Shown here piece after piece: positions 54,293 through 64,000 of a DNA stretch of 64,000 nucleotides. Every line of letters starts with the position of its first letter. Position 1 is the first letter of the stretch. The position numbers and the translations under genes were made by a program. The stretch lies in the NCBI RefSeq assembly GCF_009914755.1, contig NC_060935.1; one strand, written 5' to 3'. The notes beneath the pieces were generated by a model that had not been told where the DNA came from, made no database searches, and worked only from the letters and a program-made list of their open reading frames with translations. The stretch is from the human T2T-CHM13v2.0 reference genome, Homo sapiens.

Positions 54293-54419
54293 GCTATATC
54301 ATCTGTAAAGCATAATATTTTTACTTGGTCTATATTTAGTTTAAGATGCTTTTGAAGGGTAATGGAGGTTATGGATGGGAGATTCGAGTGGCCCACCCGC
54401 AAGGAACTGCTTGATACTG

Positions 54420-54854
54420 TGCTATAATTTGGTATTGTCTCCTCCAAATTTCACGTTAAAATTTGTTCTCCAATATTGGAGGTGGGGCCTAATAAAAGGT
54501 GTTTGGGTCATTGGAGTGGAACTGTCATGAATAGATAAGTACTCTCCCTGGGTGGGGAGCTCATGAATGAGTTCTCATTCTATTAGTTCCTGTGAGAGCT
54601 GATTGTTTAAAAGAGCCTGGCACCTCTCTTTCCTCTCTGCCTTTTGGTTCCTCTTTTGCCATGTGATCACTGTGCATACCAGCTCTCTTTCTCCTTCCTC
54701 CATGAGTGGAAGCAGCCTGAGGCCCTCATCAGATGCAGATGCTGGTGCCATGCTTCTTATACAGACTGAAGAACCATGGACCAAATGCTTCTTTTCTTTG
54801 TAAATTATCCAGCTTCAGATTTCCTTTATAGCAACACAAACAAACAAGGATATA
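54420..54854 (+). mobile_element. MSTB1-like MaLR LTR
   Basis: TGCTATAATTTGG..GGAGGTGGGGCCTAAT..AAAAGAGCCTGGCACC..CCATGAGTGGAAGCAGCCTGAGGCCCTCA..CCTTTATAGCAACACAAA. Confidence 0.85.
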
Positions 54855-55029
54855 CTGACAATAAGTAAATACATTCACACTGTTTCATTAATTTTGTTAA
54901 TTAATTTATATACAACAGACTGTATGTGTTCTAAACAGATATGACCATATTCAACCTTTTCTAAAGCATCCTTGGTAGGTGGAAATCCAGTCCATGTTTA
55001 TATGTCTGTAAGACAGGAGCTTCTTATCT

Positions 55030-55950
55030 TACATATTCATTATTTTGACTGGGCAGTGTGATAGGTGCTGGGGTCACATGTGTGGAAGGAGAAGGACTTT
55101 TTATCAGGAAGCTCTCCCTTAAGTCAAGAAAACATAGTAAAATGGTCCTTTTTGTGAAATTATATGGAAGACTATCCAATTCAGCATCATGTTTTAGGAA
55201 AGACTTGTTTGGGTAAGGTGAATTTTAATTTTCTTAAAAGATACACATTTTCTGATCAGGAGGCATGAAGAATAGGAAGAGAGGTGTGTAGAGAAATGGA
55301 CAAAAGGAAGAGGGAGGTAAATTCAGGACACATCAGACCCTTCTGAATTGCTGACATACTGTATAGAATATGTGCCAATGAGCAGTCCGTGGTGAAACTG
55401 CAGAGCAGGCAGGTATCAGAATATATAGAGATTTGTGTGTGAAGCTAAGGGGTTTTGAAAATCTATAGTTAGACTTTTTAGAATGTTGGCGATATAATCA
55501 CATCAGCATTTTAGGATGATTCTTCTGATAGCCTTAAGGACAATTGATTAGGAGATGGCTAAAGTTTAGATAAGGTTAGAAGCAGAGAAAAAAACTTAGA
55601 GTGTCATAATAATAATTAAGACCTAAATTAAGGGTGTGTCAATAGGAATGGGGGAGCTATTTAGGGAGTGGAATCAATAGGACTTGGTGGCTGATTTGAT
55701 GTTGGAAGTTAAAAAGAAAGTCTAGAATGACTTTCTTGTTTGTAACAGGGCAACTGTTCAACAAATATTGGAAGAAGAGCAGATTTGTATGTGTGTGTAT
55801 TGTGGGGTGGTAGTGGTAAAGAGATAATGAGTTCATTTTGAACATATTGAGCTTGTGCTGAATAGAATTTAAGTAAGGTCACTGTGGAGTGAAAGAAACA
55901 GAGGGTCAAGAATAGAATCCTAAATAATATCAACATTATGGGACAGCTGC
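55030..55950 (-). mobile_element. L2
   Basis: AGGGAGTGGAATCAATAGGACTTGGTGGCTGATTTGATG..GAGATAATGAGTTCATTTTGAACATATTGAG. Confidence 0.65.
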
Positions 55951-56759
55951 AATTGTTAAAAATTGTGTGTTATAATTCCTAGAAAATGTATATGTTCCAT
56001 GTAATACTATCATTTCTTCTAAAAATGAAAAATAGAACAAATAATAAGCCTTTGAAAGAGAAGCATAATGTTTTCACTTCTTGAAATAATGATATATTTG
56101 AGGAGATGACATCATATATAGACAGTATTGTCAAAATACGTGGTCCCCAACTGTGCCATACGCAGATGAGGGCTTAAAATTTCTAGAAAAGGGAAAATTA
56201 GATGGATTATTTTTATAGATAAAACTATTAGAAAAGTATTTACTTCTATGTAATGGCCATGTTAAAAAAATAGTGGACTTTGTAAAACTATAAAGTAGAA
56301 CCATTTGCTAAAGCGATATATTGAAAGCATTTATTTTGTGCCCCTGTAAAAAAGTAGGTTCTTTTCAAAGTAAAGTTATCTGACCTTCAAGGGAATCTAC
56401 TTTGAAACTGATTATTATACTATTTATTCTTCATAGACATTTATTTAAAGGGTTTTTATCATTCTGGTAAAATTGATTTAGTATATATAAAAGAAGCATT
56501 CACTTAATATAGAGCTATTCATCTGGAAGGGTTAGCATTCTATTAGATTTTATTGTGCTCTTTGGTTTATTTTCTAAGTTATTTTGACCAGGTTTTCATT
56601 TAAATAATTTAAGCAATCAATAAGATTATTCCTGGATTTGCAATAAGAATAACTGTCCTCTTCAGAGCATCCTAATGTCAATGATACATTTTTGATCGGT
56701 GAACTTTTGATAAGATGTCCTATGTCACTATAAATCAATAAGATTTAAAAAATCTATCA

Positions 56760-58070
56760 CTTTTGTTGTTTTCCAATCCTGCAAACAAATTAAAAACAAA
56801 ATTGAGGATAATTAGTACTGGTGTCGGTGCGGGAAACTTTATAGGAACATATGATTTTTCTGGAGGTTGATTAGCTAATAGATACCAAAACACTAAATAA
56901 GTGTATTACCATTGGCACATAAAGTATACTTCTAAGAAGTCACTGTAACAAAATTATTAAAAAATTATATACTTTTGTATATAAAATTGTATTTTATGAA
57001 AATTAGAAACAACTTAAAATATGTCAAAATAATTATTGATATATTTTACATATATACTATGCAACTTTATAAAATAATAAGTATTATGCTTATTGACAAA
57101 GGCTGTCACAAAATATTAACTAGAAAAAATAAGATTACAAAATGATATGTAGTCTGAATAGATAAGCCCCATTCATTCCACTTTGAGCCTTCTTGGTTGA
57201 AAGTACAGAGATCCAATAGAATAATTATAATTCAATTCCACAGACGAGAATGATGTGGAATGCACATTCTGAAAGTAAAGAAAAAATCTTCAAGATCTCA
57301 TTTGTACATATCCCAATTGTCAATGTCTTCCAACTGTCTGGTGCTTGGTCACGCATTCTAGGTAGAGGCTGCTTCCCAGCTCATTTTAGCCTCAGATTTA
57401 TGCTTGTGCCTTCTCTAAAGCAAATCACCTTTTTTCTTCCAACTGTGCAGTGTCATAAAAGTCCAGAGAAGACTGGGGAAGTTTAACATTGGTGATAACA
57501 AATACAGACTTCTTTGTCAGTTTTGGTGGCATGTGCAGTTGGAAGTGAACTATAATCACTCCAAAACTAATACATTTATATAATCTTTTGTTATTTAAAA
57601 ACTATGTGATATGGTTTGGTTGTGTCCCCACCCAAATCTCATATTGAATTGTATCTCCCATAATTCCCATCTGTTGTAGGAGTGAGCTGGTGGGAGATAT
57701 TTGAATCATGGGGGCAGTTTCCCCCATACTGTTCTTGTGGTAGTGAATAAGTTTCATGAGAGCTGATGGTTTTATAAGAGGAAACCCCTTTCACTTGGTT
57801 CTCATTCTCTCTTGCCTGCTGCCATGTAAGACATTCCTTTTACCTTCCACCATGATTGTGAGGCCTCCCCAGACATGTGAAACTGTGAGTTCATTAAACC
57901 TTTTTTACGTTATAAATTAGCCAGTCTTGAGTATGTCTTTATTAGCAGTGTGAAAACAGACTAATACACTATGATATATATAAACACAGACTATATATGT
58001 AATCTGGAAGGTAATACATCAAAATATTAAAGTTATGTTGTAGAGCAGTAGTATTTCAATTTGTCTATTT
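56760..58070 (+). mobile_element. Degenerate L1ME 3' fragment interrupted by an unassigned segment and THE1C
   Basis: TTTCTGGAGG..ATACTTCTAAGAA..AAAATTAGAAACAACTTAAA..TTACAAAATGATATGTA..ATCTGGAAGGTAATACATCAAAATATTAA. Confidence 0.5.
57607..57968 (+). mobile_element. THE1C-like solo LTR
   Basis: TGATATGGTTTGG..CCCCACCCAAATCTCA..GACTAATACA; perfect 5-bp TSD CTATG at 57602-57606 and 57969-57973. Confidence 0.93.
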
Positions 58071-58692
58071 TTATATGCTTTCCCATATGTCCTGACTTTC
58101 ATATAATAAACAGATATTGATGTTATAGTCACAAAGCAGATATTGATATTATAATACAATAAGATTGTTTCAAAATGGTTTATTATGAATGTATGAAGGA
58201 TCATTTATGTTGAAATTGGCCTAGTGTTACCTTCATTAAATGAGAGGATGTACACCAGGCCTCAAATATTAGATTGGCAGACCAATGATAGCTGTCAGTA
58301 CTGGAAATTCTAACCTTGAGCTCAAACATGGAAGAATTTCTGTATACAAGTTTTAAGTAAATCTTTCCTACTAAAAGTGTTCATGCAGGAAACATTCATA
58401 TAGCTCATTTGTTACCTCAAAAGTTTATTTTATAAAATTAAATTATTTTTATTAAAGGAAAGGGAACTGCCATGATAATTCTCAAAGGAAAGGGTAGGCA
58501 AAATGGAATCTATAACCTGCTCTCTTTCATGTAAAACACAAGGGAAATCCTACTTACTCCTCTTTTTGTAACAAAACAAAAGGTGGCAGTTTTTAAAAAA
58601 ATCAAATGATGGAATTTTGAGGGCTCTGACTCATTTAAACTCCAATTTCCATGTTTGAAACATGCTAATGGATAGCAAAGAAAATCTGGGTA

Positions 58693-59055
<363 letters not shown>

Positions 59056-60159
59056 TTATGTTTTGCAGAGTAAGAGTAGAAATTTTATATTTCATCTGAA
59101 GAGCTGAAGAGTACAATTAGATTTTCTGCAGATTATTCATTTCTGGGACCCAGATGTAAAAGCCTCCTTCAGGTCTAAGAGATTTGGCAAAGGTATAAGG
59201 TAAGGATTCCATCCTCTTTAGCTGAGGGGCCAATGAGGTCAGGAAGCAAGGAATTGTCTAGGTCGTCTCCAAATTTACACATAAATTCTTCCTCACAAAA
59301 AACAGCTATTGAGTCAGTTCATGGCTTTTTAGAGCAAGCTACATGAAGTTTGGAGTGAGGCATGATTGCTCCTCATAGTGACTGACTGTAGCCTGAAATT
59401 TAAGCTAATTCCTTGTCATAAAAAGATACTATTTCTGAAATACATAAATTTGCTTTTGCTTTTAAAAATTTATTTGTTCCTGATCTCCCAGAGGCATCCG
59501 TTCAACTTGGGGGCTGATTGGGATTGTATTAGTGGGATGATAAGTAAAGTTCATATTCAGTTCTTAATATACAGAGTAGTATTTTGAGTCCTCAAGTTCA
59601 TAGTCATGAAAATCAGCTGTGTTGAGAGAGAAGATAATTTTCTATATTCATTTGGCTTTCATGAGTATATGAAGAACTGCCCCTGAGAGACATCATCATA
59701 AAATTCTACAATGAGCCAGGGATGGAGAAAACTGAGAACATGTCTTAGTAATTTTTGCTTCATGGAATGCCCATGTAGCTTGGTCCTAGGATACTGTGGG
59801 AAGAAGGACAGTTAGGTATGGTGAAGGAGTCAGGGGTTGATGTCTCTGCTTTCTCCTTAACAGGATGAAAGCTGAGAACAGTTTCCTAAGCATATTCTGG
59901 GAGAAAATGATCAACACTTGTCTTGATTATTAGAAGTAGAGAGACAGATATTAATATTTTTAGGAATCCCTCACAATCTGGAGACAGGGATTACAATTTT
60001 GTATTGTAAACACATCCGCCAACACCACTGCCAGCAGGAGCAACTAAAGATGTGGTTAGAAATGTGAAGGTCCTTGATATACACCTAAGCACCATAGTGG
60101 ATCCATGGCTGCTAGTATGTAAATCAAGGTCCATGAAGAGCAGAGGATAGTGATTTGAA

Positions 60160-60340
60160 ATAAATCATCAGGAGACCTGAGTTCTGAATTCCAGTGCAGC
60201 CATGGACTTGTCTAGGATATTGAACATGAAGATTAACTTATTGAAGAATATTTGCTCTTTTATATAATGGCTCCAAAATGAATGTTCTTGGGACAAGACT
60301 GGATGATATCTGAGGTTCTTTGTAACATTCTATAATTTTC
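60160..60340 (+). mobile_element. MIR3-like
   Basis: GGAGACCTGAGTTCT..GACTGGATGATATCTGAGGTTC. Confidence 0.5.
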
Positions 60341-60469
60341 TGACTAGACTCTGTTCTTTGAAAACCACTTGAAATCTTTTAGAGCTATCCCTCGTATTTT
60401 CCCTTAGGGGCATTATGTCAGTTTGCCCCCTAAGAATTCAGAGAGCAAGAGAAGAATAAACAAAAAGAT

Positions 60470-60615
60470 GATGTGATGCAGTGGTTAAGAGTGTGGACTC
60501 CGGTGTGTGGCACTGGTGTGGATTCAGATTCCTACTCCATGCCTTAAAGCTATGTGACCTTAACTTCCTCAAGCCTCAGCATCTTTATACATAAATTGAA
60601 GATAACAACACCCAT
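60470..60615 (+). mobile_element. MIR
   Basis: GCAGTGGTTAAGAGTGTGGACTC..GCTATGTGACCTTAACTTCCTCAAGCCTCAG. Confidence 0.7.
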
Positions 60616-61173
60616 ATCTTCTTTTTCCTCTTTCTATCCCTTAAGATGTCCATGAAATCTTTCTCTGAAGAATTTAATCCATATTTAATGAACACTTACT
60701 ATGTGGCAAACATTCTTCTAGATGCTCTAGTGTTTTATGGGAAATGTAGGAGAAGAAATTTTGAAATGCTGCCAGGGTCATGCCCAAGATTTTAGAGACA
60801 GAAGGTAACCTAAAATGAGGCGAGACCTCCTATTTCTGTTTTACAAGGCTTATTACTATTATGATTATTTTAATCAGTTATTCCTTGTATCAAAAGTTAG
60901 AGCTTTGAGCTATTTTTGTGGTAATTTTATAAGTGCTGAAGTCTAAACATTAATTGGACATCTGAGGCAGGCTATATTTGGGCAACTGTTCTCTACCTTA
61001 TAGTGACACATTAGGATGTTTGATCTGGGATGTCTGCAATTCCCTGCACTCTACCTGCATGTCCGCATTTCTTCTACCAATAATGAAAACATACCATGTA
61101 TGCAATTAAATCTACCTTTATAAATGAGAAAACATTTAATCTTACATAATTAACTTAAAAAGTAAATTATTGA

Positions 61174-61393
61174 GGCCAGGTGTGTAATACTGAGGCTCAT
61201 GCCTGTAATCTCAGCACTTTGGGAAGCCAAGGTGAGGCCAGAAGTTGGAGACCGGCCTCGTCAGCATAGCAAGACTCCATCTCTACAAAAAACATAAAAA
61301 AAATTATCTAAGCACAGTGGCATGTGCCTTGTAGTCCTTGGCTACTTGGGAAGCTGAGGGGCCTGTCTCAAATAAATAAATAAATAAATAAAT
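61174..61393 (+). mobile_element. AluJ with internal deletions and (TAAA)n tail
   Basis: GGCTCATGCCTGTAATCTCAGCACTTTGGGA..CATAGCAAGACTCCATCTCTACAAAAAA; right arm jumps from GCTGAGG to CCTGTCTC. Confidence 0.85.
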
Positions 61394-61479
61394 CATTCTT
61401 GAAATACATCCATACTGTACTTAAGAAAAATTACTTTAGAAATTTTGGAAATTTCAAGACCTGGAATTGGGTTTTTGCT

Positions 61480-61665
61480 GTAAAATTTGAAGCTAGGAAA
61501 TGTAGATTCAGTTCTCTGTTCTTCTATTTACTAATTATGTGCTAATGAGCAAAGCCCCCAATCTCTGTGAACTTCAGTTTTTGTAATAGGATAAAATACA
61601 AATATTTCTATCCTCACAGAATTATTGTGAGAATCAAATGAGGTCATGCATAATAAGATACACTG
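61480..61665 (+). mobile_element. MIR
   Basis: TCTCTGTGAACTTCAGTTT..CCTCACAGAATTATTGTGAGAATCAAATGAG. Confidence 0.65.
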
Positions 61666-62334
61666 TACAAGTTTTATTTATAGCTCTTATTCTTTGGAGG
61701 TCCATCTAGATTGTTATTGCCTTCATTTTGAGTCTTTCAAGGCTATTATTGCCTACTGTTTTATGCTAACTTAAATGAAACAATTCTTTTTCTTTTAATG
61801 CTTGTTATACTCTATCAAAAAGAATGTGGGTGGTATATGTCATGGGGAAATTCTAATCCTAGATTAAAAAAAAAAACCTAGGGCTCCACTTTTTTTTTCC
61901 CCCTTCAAATCATATCTTCTCTCTTATTGGGAATAGGTGCAGAATGATGAAAAGGTTTCTTAAAGCAACATGATGTCTATGTGTGTATGGCTACAACTTC
62001 TTTTTAGGTGTTTGTTTTCGTAAAATATATCAATCATATTTGTCACATTTTGGGTACTACATCTATTAGGGAAAATTCAAAATGGAACTTTTTCATGAAG
62101 GTAAAGAAATAGAATTGTATGTTGATTTTTCCATAGATTGGAATTTATTGTTTATTCTCTCCTTATTGAGGAGTTTATGAAGGTTGGGAGACAGTCTAAG
62201 CCTAGGAAATCTTTAAAAGTGACTATTGCATTTACTTGCATTAAGTCCTATACAGTTGTATTTGTCAATTAAAAATATATAATAAAAAGTTCTGTATTTA
62301 CACATAGCCAATATATGAGTTGTTTCCTGTGACA

Positions 62335-62500
62335 TGTTTCTCAGTGTGTTTGATACAAACACCAATTTAGAGGGAATTGCTTTAAAACTTTTCTAGACCT
62401 GCACCTTTAGACAACCAAATTAGAATCTGTGAAGGTGGAGCTCAGCAAACTACATTCTTAACAGGAAACTTGTTGATTTTTATAGATACTAGGGTTTGTA
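62335..62500. mobile_element. MER5-like
   Basis: AATTAGAATCTGTGAAGGTGGAGCTCAGCAA..CATTCTTAACA..GATTTTTAT. Confidence 0.45.
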
Positions 62501-63896
62501 AAGGATTTGTCTTTCATTGAAATACTTGCCAATTAGCTTTAGTCAATACTCCACCAGGAAATGAGTATGAAAACACAAGTCAAAGAAGTATAAAAATTCT
62601 CATTAGGTTTTAATAATTCTTAATCCCCTAATTCCAATGGGAAAAATGATAGATAGTAAATTTGGGTCAAGGTGAAAACCTAACATTTTGTTCTGTTAAT
62701 GATCAGTAGATTACTCATTATACCTTTTCTTTCTTGTTTCAGACTGTTCTATGACTCTAATTTATCTACATCCAAATAAATCTTGACTCGTGGCAGATGT
62801 TTCATCATTATTATTAGAAATGATCACTTTAATAACTCCCTGATTATATTTATTTTACAATGGATAGCAGGCTTCATTTCTTCCTTGGGCTGCAGTGACA
62901 CTACTTTCATTGGAAATGTGGTCTAAAAACTGATTAGTCTCATTAGTCTCCCTTGAGAAGAAAACCCAAACAAATATTTAATGGACAAAACACAGGAATG
63001 GGTTTTTAGGAGATGAATAAGATATGGTCTCTACCTTCTGGGAATTTAATAAAATTAAAGAATCTAGTCTTTTTCAAATATCATTCAATTTCCTGACATT
63101 TGATGATCACCAATTCTGCCCTCCTTGCATGGTACTATCTGCCAATCAAAAGATCAGTGAGACCATTTATGAGGCAATTTATATTCTGATGAATGAATTT
63201 GATATGTCAAATTTCTGTATGTTTTACTTCTGTTGAATAAAGACAAGACAGGGCAAATTCCTAAAAAGAGAATGAACTGTATGTTGCTTCTTAATCAGTA
63301 ATAGAGATATTACTTCATTTTTATAATATAAATCTGAAGTACCATGAAACATTTTATGACTATTAGTAAAAAGAAAAATCAATCACCTTTGGAAAATCAT
63401 TATGGGTGTTTCATAATAATATTTGGGAGATTGCCTAACTGTAATTTACTCATCTGCTCCATGTAATGACATTATTAATACATACCTTTGGTGTTGATAT
63501 CATTTGGGCTGTTATTAAGATTCTTTTTAGAGCCAAGAATTAAGTTTCCTGTGTAGCAAAGAACCTATTACACATAGGGTTTAGTAATGAAAAATGACTT
63601 CCTTACTGTAAGTACTTCTATTGAGAACATCTAGCTATCTAGATTTTAAACTCTTTGCTTAGAAGTACCTTTATTTACATAGTGGTTGTTACTCACTGAG
63701 GATGCAGCCCTGACTGTCATAAGAATGAAGAAAGTATCCCAGCTACTTCACAGGAAGCTCACTTCTATCACACAGAATGTCTTCCCTGGGACCACAGATC
63801 ATGATTTTGGACAGGCTTCCCTTGGTCTTTTGGTGGACTTCAGGGGCAAATACAGTGAACCACATTCAGAGCAGGAGGTAGCACGGGGGCGAAAGT

Positions 63897-64000
63897 ATGC
63901 TCTTTCAGTTTAGCCATTGGTAGACAGCTTGTGTTAGCTCAATTAGACTCCCTGCCTTATGGCTAAAACAGAGGGCTTTCTGTATCCCGGGGTTTCTTGC
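63897..64000 (-). mobile_element. ERV1 LTR, MER61-like; continues beyond the right edge
   Basis: GCTCTTTCAGTT..GCTTGTGTTAGCTCAATTAGAC..CCTGCCTTAT..ACAGAGGGCTTTCTGTATCCCGGGG resembles the recalled MER61-type U5 in antisense. Confidence 0.55.

Noticed and set aside
61613-61632. Hairpin CTCACA-N7-TGTGAG
   Set aside because: Intrinsic to the MIR consensus.

Overview
AT-rich hominid (human-like) non-coding genomic DNA, intronic or intergenic, and mostly interspersed repeats. I find no intact protein-coding exon, RNA gene or CRISPR array; the recognisable protein-like ORFs in the track are broken LINE-1 ORF0/ORF1/ORF2 pieces and the rest look like chance ORFs. Main content: the 5' 1.76 kb of a young L1PA2-like element inserted in a MER2, a full-length ~6.2-kb L1PA7-like element with TSDs, a 5'-truncated L1PA7-like copy in the opposite orientation, two ancient L1M elements (one carrying ~10 kb of nested insertions), Alus, MaLR/ERVL/ERV1 LTRs, Tigger/hAT MITEs, L2 and MIR. 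I cannot support a wholly new biological system. Best leads: (i) several fold-back or templated-insertion repair scars, one at the breakpoint of a ~320-bp inversion that splits an MLT1D; (ii) two repeat-free islands with clustered MEIS/PBX-HOX motifs; (iii) a re-wired L1 ORF0; (iv) ultra-short L1 and Alu insertions; (v) a possible LTR-driven first exon. Subfamily names come from recalled consensus sequences, not from a search, and boundaries of old elements are approximate.
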